Below the pieces are notes generated by a model. The model saw only the letters and a program-made list of their open reading frames with translations. It searched no databases and was not told where the DNA came from. The position numbers and the translations under genes were made by a program. A stretch of 64,000 bases of DNA from positions 4,127 through 68,126 of the forward strand of contig CAYWEO010000004.1 of NCBI GenBank assembly GCA_964457855.1. The letters are read 5' to 3'. Shown here one piece after another: positions 8,031 to 15,359 of the stretch (positions are counted from its first letter, which is position 1; each line of letters opens with the position of its first letter). The DNA comes from an uncultured Opitutales bacterium. Its GTDB lineage: Bacteria; Verrucomicrobiota; Verrucomicrobiia; Opitutales; CAYWEO01.

Positions 8031-8621
8031 ATGGTAGAAATTTCAGCAGCGATGGTCAATGAATTGAGGCAAAAGACGGGCGCCGGCATGATGGATTGCA
8101 GGAATGCCCTTAAGGAATCTCAGGGAGATCAAGAAAAGGCCATCGAAATTTTGAGGAAGAAGGGCGTTGCGGATGCTGCCAAGCGGTCAGGTCGCAGTGC
8201 CAGCCAAGGGCTCATCGAGTCCTACATTCATACGGGTGGTGGCATCGGAGTGATCGTCGAGCTCAATTGCGAAACCGATTTTGTCGCCAAAACAGACGAG
8301 TTTAAACAGCTTGCGCGCAATATTTGCATGCAAGTTGCTGCCGCTCATCCCTTATACTTGGCAATCAATGACGTTCCGGCAGATGTCGTCCAAAAAGAGA
8401 AAGAAATCGCCTTTGAACAATATAAAGGAAAATTTGAACAAGCACGCGAGAAAATCGTCGAAGGGAAAATTTCAAAATGGTTCAGCGAAGTTTGCCTCCT
8501 CGAACAACCCTTCGTCAAGGACCCTAACGTCAAAATCAAGGACCTCATCACCCAAACCGGTGCCAAAATGCGCGAAAATATTGTGCTGAGGCGATTCATT
8601 CGCTACCAACTAGGAGCATGA
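8031..8621 (+). CDS. tsf: Elongation factor Ts (short form)
   Basis: N-terminal UBA-like motif VNELRQKTGAGMMDCRNALKE, plus position directly after rpsB. Confidence 0.9.
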   Translation: MVEISAAMVNELRQKTGAGMMDCRNALKESQGDQEKAIEILRKKGVADAAKRSGRSASQGLIESYIHTGGGIGVIVELNCETDFVAKTDEFKQLARNICMQVAAAHPLYLAINDVPADVVQKEKEIAFEQYKGKFEQAREKIVEGKISKWFSEVCLLEQPFVKDPNVKIKDLITQTGAKMRENIVLRRFIRYQLGA

Positions 8622-8625
8622 GGGG

Positions 8626-8750
8626 GTGCCATAGCGATTTCGAGCGGCGGGGGTGTTGCGCGAAAATTGTAACCCCGCTTACGTATTTCAATACGCTCGG
8701 GGGTTAAAATTTTCGCGCGCCTACCCGTCATCTCGAACTTACTATGGCGC
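8626..8750. repeat. Family-A element, copy A3
   Basis: gtgccatagcgatttcgagcgg ... catctcgaacttactatggcgc. Starts 4 nt after the tsf stop. Confidence 0.8.
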
Positions 8751-8799
8751 CCTTTGGGGTAAAACATCTCAATCCAGATTTTTTATTTTCATAGTTAGT

Positions 8800-8912
8800 G
8801 CTTTAAGTTTAAGATGCCAAGCAGGCGCGCGAGGTCGAGATGCCTGAACGTATTGTAATACGTGATGGCATTGAGAACGAGCGCAACGAACCTGGTGCTT
8901 AAAATCAAAGCG
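8800..8912. repeat. Family-A element, inverted variant A4
   Basis: gctttaagtttaagatgccaagcaggcgcgcg ... gcgcaacgaacctggtgcttaaaatcaaagcg, with apex gaacgtattgtaatacgtgatgg. Approximate ends. Confidence 0.6.
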
Positions 8913-8928
8913 CTAACTACGAAAATGT

Positions 8929-9693
8929 ATGGAAATTTTATGCTGGAACGTCAACGGTCTGCGTTCGATATTGGGGAAGGGGTTTGGAGAGGTCTTGGAG
9001 GCGTTGCAGCCGGATGTTGTTTGTTTGCAGGAGACGAGGGTTTATGGGGGAATTGAGCCGGATTTGAGGCAGTTTGGGTTTGGAACGGTGGTGTACAGTC
9101 ACGCGGAGAAGAAAGGTTATTCGGGGACTTTGTTGATGTCCAAGGAGAAGCCGATGAGCGTGGAAACGCAGGTGCCGTTTGAGCCCGTTCCGCATGAGGG
9201 GCGTGTGATTGTTGCTGAGTACGAACGCTTTTTTATCGTTAACGTGTATGTTCCGAATGCGAAAATGGATCTATCGCGCCTGCCGTACCGCGCAAACCAT
9301 TGGGACCCAAGCTTTTGCAGCTACTTGTGTGAACTAGAGAAGAAAAAGCCCGTCATCGTGTGTGGCGATTTTAACGTCGCGCACCAGGAAATTGACCTCG
9401 TAAATCCAGCTAGCAATCGATTTAACCCCGGATTTACCGACGAGGAACGCCAGGGGTTTTCCAACTACTTAAATAAGGGTTTCGTCGACATTTTCCGCGA
9501 ACGCCATCCCGGCCAACGCGGCCTCTACACCTGGTGGTCCTACCGCGCCGGCGCTCGAGCCCGCAACATCGGATGGAGAATCGACTACTTTCTCATCTCT
9601 CCCTCCCTCGCCCCCGCCGTCGAAGGCGCCAGCATTTACGAAAGGATCCTCGGGTCTGATCATGCACCGGTTCGGTTGCGGTTGACGCCGTAG
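8929..9693 (+). CDS. xth: Exodeoxyribonuclease III (AP endonuclease)
   Basis: MEILCWNVNGLR start, CLQETR, GDFNVAH and a terminal GSDHAPV motif, the standard ExoIII/APE1 family signature. Confidence 0.9.
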   Translation: MEILCWNVNGLRSILGKGFGEVLEALQPDVVCLQETRVYGGIEPDLRQFGFGTVVYSHAEKKGYSGTLLMSKEKPMSVETQVPFEPVPHEGRVIVAEYERFFIVNVYVPNAKMDLSRLPYRANHWDPSFCSYLCELEKKKPVIVCGDFNVAHQEIDLVNPASNRFNPGFTDEERQGFSNYLNKGFVDIFRERHPGQRGLYTWWSYRAGARARNIGWRIDYFLISPSLAPAVEGASIYERILGSDHAPVRLRLTP

Positions 9694-9811
9694 CGATTTC
9701 GAGCGCTAGGGTTCCGTTCAGAAAATTTTTTAACTCATCACGTATTTCAATACGCTCAGAGTTAAAATTTTTTCTGAGCCGTCCCTATCATCTCGAACTT
9801 ACTACGGCGTC
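9685..9811. repeat. Family-A element, copy A5
   Basis: acgccgtagcgatttcgagcgctagggttccgtt ... ccctatcatctcgaacttactacggcgt. Its left terminus contains the xth stop codon. Confidence 0.85.
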
Positions 9812-9840
9812 CGTTGGTACTTTGGGCTCTCAAACCCTCA

Positions 9841-9964
9841 CAAGAAAAGCGGTATCGTAAGGCATTTTTATGGCACGGAGTGCCAAAAAATGCCTTACGA
9901 ATAGAAATTTTTAGAGGGAAGGGTCCGGGAAACCCCCTTTTTTATAAAAAAGGGGGTTTCCCGG
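9841..9964. repeat. Family-B composite, copy B2 (linker-h2-h3, no h1)
   Basis: Hairpins at 9856-9899 and 9925-9964, preceded by the linker aagaaaagcggtat. Confidence 0.8.
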
Positions 9965-10000
9965 TGCGCATCTCTTCTTGCCTTTCCCACAAAAAAATGC

Positions 10001-11611
10001 TTGTATCGTGACATGGCTAATTGGGCGTGTTTTCGGGAGAAGTTTTTTTGGCATGAAGTGCTTGGATTTGGGATAGATGTGAGCAAAATGGCATTTTCTG
10101 GGGGGTTTTTGGTGGGGATGCGTGAGAAAATTGATGGGGCGTTGAGCGAGATGGAGGCGTTGGAGGGGGGTGCGATTGCGAATGTGGATGAGAAGAGGAT
10201 GGTGGGGCATTATTGGTTGAGGGATGCTGCTTTGGCGCCGACGGGGGAGATTCGTTCGGAAATTGAGGGGACTTTGGCGAAAATCAAGGCGTTTGCGGGG
10301 AAAGTTTATAGGGGTGACGTGAAGGGCGAAGCGGGGGCATTCGAACAAGTTCTGTGCATCGGAATTGGGGGGTCGGCGTTGGGACCGCAGTTGATTACGA
10401 ACGCGTTGGGGGGCGGTTCCAAAATGCGGATGTTTTTCTTGGACAACACGGATCCGGACGGCATGGATCGCGTATTTGCTGAAATTGAGGGGAAGCTTGG
10501 GCAAACGTTGGTGATTGTGATTTCGAAATCTGGGGGGACGCCGGAGCCGCGGAACGGGATGCTGGAGGCGAAAAATCTCTTTGAGCGGCAAGGACTTACG
10601 TTCGCTAAGCACGCCGTTGCGGTTACGGGGGAAGGCAGTGGTTTGGACAAAACAGCCCTCAAAGATGGTTGGCTGGAGCGATTCCGCATGTTCGACTGGG
10701 TAGGGGGGCGAATGAGCGTGATGGCGGCGGTGGGCCTCTTGCCGGCGGCGTTAGCGGGGGTTGACATCGATGATTTGCTGAAAGGCGCACGTGAAATGGA
10801 CCAGATAACGCGCAAAAAATCTGCCTTTGAGAACCCCGCGCTATTGTTGGCGCTCAGTTGGTTTTTGGCTGTAAAAAATGGTAAGAAAACGATGGTCGTG
10901 ATTCCTTACAAAGACCGTTTAATGTTGTTCAGTCGGTATTTGCAACAGCTTGTGATGGAGTCACTTGGGAAAGAAAAAGATCGTGCGGGGAATGTTATCA
11001 ATGAAGGTCTTACGGTTTACGGCAACAAGGGTTCTACGGATCAGCATTCCTATGTTCAGCAGTTGCGGGAGGGTCCAAACGACTTTTTTGTGACTTTTTT
11101 TGAGGTCTTGACAGACCGCGTCTTAACAGACCGCGTTTTGAGGGACCGCGAAGGCCCGTCAATCCAGGTGGAGGGGGGGATCACGAGCGGCGATTATCTT
11201 GAAGGATTTCTTCTCGGAACGCGGGAGGCGTTGAGCGAGAAGGGGCGTGAGTCGATCACGATTACTATTAAAGAATGCTCTCCCTTTTATGTCGGTTTGC
11301 TGATTGCCCTTTACGAACGTGCGGTCGGGTTTTACGCCTCTTTCGTCGGGATCAATGCCTACCATCAGCCGGGAGTCGAGGCGGGAAAAAAGGCCGCAGG
11401 AACCGCCTTGGAGCTACAAAAGGCCGTCGTTGCGTACCTGAAAACAGCCCGCACGCCGCTGACGATTGACGCCATTGCCGTCGGTCTCAGTAAACCCGAG
11501 AGAAAGGAATGGATCTTCAAGATTCTGGAGCATTTGGCTTGCAATCAGCGCGGAATTGTGAGGCTTTTAGGAAACACGATAGAAGACAATCGTTATCAAT
11601 ATTTATGCTGA
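10001..11611 (+). CDS. pgi: Glucose-6-phosphate isomerase (cyanobacterial/plant-like long form)
   Basis: GAIANVDEKRMVGHYWLR, IGIGGSALGPQ, ISKSGGTPE and GSTDQHSYVQQLREG motifs. The start may be M1 or M5. Confidence 0.9.
   Translation: MYRDMANWACFREKFFWHEVLGFGIDVSKMAFSGGFLVGMREKIDGALSEMEALEGGAIANVDEKRMVGHYWLRDAALAPTGEIRSEIEGTLAKIKAFAGKVYRGDVKGEAGAFEQVLCIGIGGSALGPQLITNALGGGSKMRMFFLDNTDPDGMDRVFAEIEGKLGQTLVIVISKSGGTPEPRNGMLEAKNLFERQGLTFAKHAVAVTGEGSGLDKTALKDGWLERFRMFDWVGGRMSVMAAVGLLPAALAGVDIDDLLKGAREMDQITRKKSAFENPALLLALSWFLAVKNGKKTMVVIPYKDRLMLFSRYLQQLVMESLGKEKDRAGNVINEGLTVYGNKGSTDQHSYVQQLREGPNDFFVTFFEVLTDRVLTDRVLRDREGPSIQVEGGITSGDYLEGFLLGTREALSEKGRESITITIKECSPFYVGLLIALYERAVGFYASFVGINAYHQPGVEAGKKAAGTALELQKAVVAYLKTARTPLTIDAIAVGLSKPERKEWIFKILEHLACNQRGIVRLLGNTIEDNRYQYLC
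11105..11149 (+). repeat. In-frame 15-bp x3 tandem repeat inside pgi
   Basis: gtcttgacagaccgc / gtcttaacagaccgc / gttttgagggaccgc, encoding VLTDR VLTDR VLRDR. Confidence 0.85.
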
Positions 11612-11967
11612 AAAAATGGTCACTCATGTGCATAGTCGCGGGCATTACGTTTGCGTTTGCCGGTTGCTCCACTGTTGAGAATACCAGAGAGCGGTGCATC
11701 GTAAAGACTGCTTGGGGACGTCAACACGCAAAAAAGATTTGGAATAGTAGCCAGGAGCACTACGTAGATCTCAAATCCCATAAGTTCAACGAGGATATCT
11801 ATCACAAACAGCTCTGTAATGAGAGCGGACCACGAGGTAAGACGTCACAAGAACATGAGGCGAATGTGGGTCAATTTGTTTGCGAAGAGACAAATGAGCC
11901 AAGTCATGAAAAATTCGATGACAAGTTGATGCGAGATCTTCAGGCAAACAGGCGCAAAAGTCCGTAA
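11605..11967 (+). CDS. Small lipoprotein (paralog 1)
   Basis: MLKKWSLMCIVAGITFAFAGC lipobox. The ATG overlaps the pgi stop by 7 nt. The longer ORF from 11509 is in-frame read-through of the pgi 3-prime end. Confidence 0.55.
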   Translation: MLKKWSLMCIVAGITFAFAGCSTVENTRERCIVKTAWGRQHAKKIWNSSQEHYVDLKSHKFNEDIYHKQLCNESGPRGKTSQEHEANVGQFVCEETNEPSHEKFDDKLMRDLQANRRKSP

Positions 11968-12021
11968 TTTTTTTTGAAACCTGCTGGACAGCGAAGGGAA
12001 AATCGTTCCTAATCTCTATTG

Positions 12022-12171
12022 ATGAAAAAATGGTTGTTAATGTGCATAATCGCTGCCGTTACGCTTGCGTTTGCGGGCTGCTCCAGCGTTGAGGATACGA
12101 GCTCGCGCCAAAGCGTGAAAAAGTCCTGGAATCGGCCGGATAACAACTTTCTTCCGATGATCCAATACTAA
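12022..12171 (+). CDS. Small lipoprotein (paralog 2, 49 aa, below the ORF-track cutoff)
   Basis: Translated by hand: MKKWLLMCIIAAVTLAFAGCSSVEDTSSRQSVKKSWNRPDNNFLPMIQY. The signal/lipobox and KK.WN motif match the upstream gene. Confidence 0.45.
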   Translation: MKKWLLMCIIAAVTLAFAGCSSVEDTSSRQSVKKSWNRPDNNFLPMIQY

Positions 12172-12176
12172 CCGTT

Positions 12177-12872
12177 GTGGACACGCACGGCCAGTTGATC
12201 GTTATCGCAACCCCCATCGGAAACATGGGGGATCTGTCCGCCAGGGCCATTGCATCCTTGCGCACTTGCGACTCTATTGCTTGCGAAGACACTCGCGTCG
12301 CTTCAAAACTCCTCCGCCACCACGGAATTACCGACAAACGCCTCATCTCCTACCGCGATGCCAATGAACAAAGACAGGTCGGTTCGTTGATCGAAAAAAT
12401 CCAAAACGGCCAGCAAGTCGGCCTCATTTCCGACGCCGGAACGCCCGGAATCAGCGACCCAGGGTTCCGTATTGTCCGCGAATGCCGACGTAAAGCCTTG
12501 CCCGTCAGCGTCATCCCAGGCCCATGCGCGTTCGTAACCGCTCTGGTCGGGTCAGGATTTCCCTCCGATAGCTTCTTCTTCGGCGGCTTCCTCCCCAACA
12601 AATCCACTGCTCGCCGTCGCTTATTCGCTTCCTACAAAGACTTTAAGCATACCTGCATTTTCTACGAATCCTGCCACCGCATCGAAAAAAGCCTCGCCGA
12701 CCTCTCCGCAGAAATCGGCCCCGACCGCTACGTCTGTGTCTCCAAAGAACTTACCAAACTCTTCGAACGCTGGGTCGTCGGCAAACTCCAATCAGTCCTC
12801 TCCGAACTCAAAACTGTCGCAATAAAAGGCGAATTTGTCGTGGTCGTTGCGCCGGCGGACTTTGTGTTGTAG
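12177..12872 (+). CDS. rsmI: 16S rRNA (cytidine1402-2'-O)-methyltransferase
   Basis: LIVIATPIGNMGDLSARAI..L..CD.IACEDTR and ISDAGTPGISDPG motifs of the RsmI/tetrapyrrole-methylase fold. Confidence 0.85.
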   Translation: MDTHGQLIVIATPIGNMGDLSARAIASLRTCDSIACEDTRVASKLLRHHGITDKRLISYRDANEQRQVGSLIEKIQNGQQVGLISDAGTPGISDPGFRIVRECRRKALPVSVIPGPCAFVTALVGSGFPSDSFFFGGFLPNKSTARRRLFASYKDFKHTCIFYESCHRIEKSLADLSAEIGPDRYVCVSKELTKLFERWVVGKLQSVLSELKTVAIKGEFVVVVAPADFVL

Positions 12873-13033
12873 ACGCCGTAGCGATTTCGAGCGGCGAGTT
12901 CGTTGCGCATCGGATCGTGGGTTACTCACGTGTTGGGGTAATTGTTTACAATTTTTCAATTGTAAACAATTCAATACACTCGCAATCCACGAACTTGCGG
13001 GCCTGCTCGTCATCTCGAACTTTGCTACGGCGT
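12873..13033. repeat. Family-A element, copy A6 (long variant with an extra inner palindrome)
   Basis: acgccgtagcgatttcgagcggcgagttcgttgcgc ... gctcgtcatctcgaactttgctacggcgt. The inner palindrome is gtaattgtttacaatttttcaattgtaaacaattc. Starts directly after the rsmI stop. Confidence 0.8.
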
Positions 13034-13188
13034 CCTGTACTAAGTAAGGCATGTATTAGACCAGCTATTTTATGAAGCGAAGAATACCCCCGAATCTAGC
13101 GCTCAAAATCGAGGCCGTCCCTTTTTTGCTCAGTATGAGCAAAAAATACCGCTTTTCTTTTGAAGGTTCGGAAACTGTTGGGACCTCG

Positions 13189-13312
13189 GGCGTAGCTTCT
13201 ATTTCGAGATGATAGGCAGGCGACCGAGGGCGAGATCTCTGAGCGTACTGATGTACTGATGAAATCGAGATCCGATGGTCAACGCACCTAGCGCTCGAAA
13301 GAGATGCCACGC
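13189..13312. repeat. Family-A element, inverted variant A7
   Basis: ggcgtagcttctatttcgagatgataggcaggcg ... cacctagcgctcgaaagagatgccacgc, with apex ctgagcgtactgatgtactgatg. Approximate ends. Confidence 0.65.
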
Positions 13313-13359
13313 ACGTGCTCCCATTTCTGTTCTGGAAATAGAAAGCTTCCGAAATATTC

Positions 13360-13857
13360 CTAAATAAAATGCACGGCGATATGCAAACACACGCACGTTA
13401 AAAACGCCGCTGCGACGTCGTCGATGACGATGCCAAGGCCGCCGTCGAGTTTTTGGAGGCTGTTGATGCCAAAGGGCTTGAAGATGTCGAAGATGCGGAA
13501 GAGGATGAAACCGAGCAACAGGACGACCCACATGGGGTGTTGGCGCATAGCGGTTTGGAGGCCGATGAAGCAGATGGGCACTGCGACAACTTCGTCTAGA
13601 ATCGCGCACACGGGGTCTTTTTTGTTAAAGATGAGCTCCGCCTCGCCGCAGATAGCGATGGCTAGGTAGACGCTAGCGAACGTGAGAAGGAAATAGCCTA
13701 AGGGAGACAGGTTGTGGAAGAAGAGGGTATACCAGACGAGTCCGACGGCAGTTCCGTTAGTTCCTGGGCATTTTCCCCAGAAGCCAATCGGGCCAATGGT
13801 AGCGACGTTTTGCACCCATTTCGTTGGGAAAAAAGCAATCCAGAAGGGTCTCTTCAT
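13360..13857 (-). CDS. pgpA: Phosphatidylglycerophosphatase A
   Basis: GTNGTAVG.., DPVCAILDEVVAVP and FRIFDIFKPFGI...L.GGLGIVIDDVAAA motifs of PgpA. Adjacent to pgsA. Confidence 0.8.
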   Translation of the reverse strand: MKRPFWIAFFPTKWVQNVATIGPIGFWGKCPGTNGTAVGLVWYTLFFHNLSPLGYFLLTFASVYLAIAICGEAELIFNKKDPVCAILDEVVAVPICFIGLQTAMRQHPMWVVLLLGFILFRIFDIFKPFGINSLQKLDGGLGIVIDDVAAAFLTCVCLHIAVHFI

Positions 13858-13858
13858 A

Positions 13859-14434
13859 TTATTGCAGCAACTTTCTGTATTTCACCACGTAACGAACGCC
13901 TGAATACGCCGTCAAAGCCGTCACAAAGCAAAACCAGAACAAGTTAATGGCGTACAACGTACTGATCCACATTTCTGGAAATACGTAGGTCCAATCGCAC
14001 CTTAGGGCATCGATGAGCAGGAAAACTCCCAGCGCGATGATTTGGAACACCGTTTTGTACTTTCCGATTGCCTCTGCCTCCAGGATCGCACCCGCCCTTG
14101 CCCCGATCATGCGCAATCCCGTGATTAAAAACTCCCTGCACAAAATGATTAAGACGCAAAAAATACCCCAAGATGGAATCACTCCCTTCACCAAAAGCGA
14201 CATGAAAAGCCCGATCATCAAGATCTTGTCAATTAACGCATCCATGAGCTTCCCCAAGTCCGAAATCATGTGGCATTTACGCGCTAAATAGCCGTCCAAC
14301 CAATCCGTTACGCCAGCCAAAACAAACAACAAAAACCCTACCGTCGCTCCCAACCAAACAGGTGCATAAATTAACACCGCAATCACAAATAAAAACGGTA
14401 TACGCGACAAAGTAATTAAATTCGGCAAATTCAC
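13859..14434 (-). CDS. pgsA: CDP-diacylglycerol--glycerol-3-phosphate 3-phosphatidyltransferase
   Basis: MNLPNLITLSRI start and the CDP-alcohol transferase motif DWLDGYLARK...G..MDALIDK. Confidence 0.85.
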   Translation of the reverse strand: MNLPNLITLSRIPFLFVIAVLIYAPVWLGATVGFLLFVLAGVTDWLDGYLARKCHMISDLGKLMDALIDKILMIGLFMSLLVKGVIPSWGIFCVLIILCREFLITGLRMIGARAGAILEAEAIGKYKTVFQIIALGVFLLIDALRCDWTYVFPEMWISTLYAINLFWFCFVTALTAYSGVRYVVKYRKLLQ

Positions 14435-14512
14435 AACGGTAACTTAAACAACTTACCAAACTCTATACGACCGCTATCGTAAATGAAAAGAAAAAAAATT
14501 ATTTATGAGGCT

Positions 14513-14632
14513 TTTTCGGAAAACTTTTCCGGGAAAACCATTTTTTGCAAAAATTGGTTTTCCCGGACCCTTTCCAAAAAAACTCTTAACTCAGAAGGCA
14601 TTTTTTGGCACATAGTGCCAAAAAATGCCTTC
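14513..14632. repeat. Family-B composite, copy B3 (inverted order: partial h1, h3, h2)
   Basis: Hairpins at 14529-14566 (ccgggaaaacc...ggttttcccgg) and 14594-14632 (gaaggcattttttggca...tgccaaaaaatgccttc). Confidence 0.8.
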
Positions 14633-14665
14633 CGATAACACTTCAAAAAACCCCGTAAACGCGCA

Positions 14666-14793
14666 GACGCTATAGCAAGTCCGAGATGATAGGGACGGCT
14701 CAGAAAAAATTTTACCTCTGAGCGTACTAACGTACGTGATGAGGTGAAATTTTTTCTGGACGGAACCCTAGCGCTCGGAATCGCTATGGCGTC
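14666..14793. repeat. Family-A element, inverted copy A8
   Basis: gacgctatagcaagtccgagatgatagggacggc ... ggaaccctagcgctcggaatcgctatggcgtc. The flanks gcgcag/ctgcgc extend the palindrome to 14661-14798. Confidence 0.85.
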
Positions 14794-14801
14794 TGCGCGT
14801 T

Positions 14802-15296
14802 TTACACACTCAGCATCGCCGGGGCTTTGCCACCTGCCGCATCCTGCTGTTGCGATAGTTTTGGGGTACCGGTTCCATTTTTCAGGGATTCGACGTGTTG
14901 TCCCCAGAATTCGACGGCATTAACGAAACTTTCAATCATTTTTTCAAATCTCTCGTATTCCAGGGCATTGAGGGGCTCTTCTGCACGCAACATAGCGTAT
15001 TCAGTGATGCCATCGACGGATAAAGTGGCGCCTTGCGTACCAGCCCAAAAGAGGTTAGCCTCCAGCATTTCTTGGATCAAATCAACGCGCAGCTGAGGGT
15101 CTTCTAAATCTTCTAGTTCAGCGATTTTTGAGGAAAAATGGATCATCGAACGATCCGCCTCGTAAACCATTCTGATGAGCAAGACGTTGTCAAATAACAG
15201 GAAAACTTGCCCGCTATCGTCAAGGACGAGTCCATCCAACTTTAATGTTTTCGATAATAATTCCAAAAGTGTTTTGAATTTTTCTAACATATCCAC
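14802..15296 (-). CDS. T3SS class I (CesT/SycE-like) chaperone
   Basis: 164 aa and acidic. The N-terminal pattern F..LLE.L...L.L..L.LD..G...L.FD....I... and the later LL..ML..N are typical of CesT/SycE-type chaperones. Next to sctC. Confidence 0.6.
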   Translation of the reverse strand: MDMLEKFKTLLELLSKTLKLDGLVLDDSGQVFLLFDNVLLIRMVYEADRSMIHFSSKIAELEDLEDPQLRVDLIQEMLEANLFWAGTQGATLSVDGITEYAMLRAEEPLNALEYERFEKMIESFVNAVEFWGQHVESLKNGTGTPKLSQQQDAAGGKAPAMLSV

Positions 15297-15359
15297 AATT
15301 TGCGCTTTGATTTAAATTATATCCAGATGAAAAATTAATTCCAGTCAAATCTTAATATT

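Noticed and set aside
9911-10815. Minus-strand ORFs (233 aa and 169 aa) opposite the pgi 5-prime half.
   Set aside because: They are antisense to a well-supported pgi. The first starts inside the family-B repeat, and both translations are Arg/Pro-rich low complexity.
11509-11604. The upstream part of the 152-aa ORF 11509-11967.
   Set aside because: This portion is an alternative frame of the pgi 3-prime end. The lipoprotein signal peptide starts at the Met at 11605.
13065-13609. ORFs 13065-13310 (81 aa) and 13199-13609 (136 aa) between rsmI and pgpA.
   Set aside because: They cover family-A/B repeat DNA and run into the pgpA coding region in another frame, giving Arg/Pro-rich junk translations.
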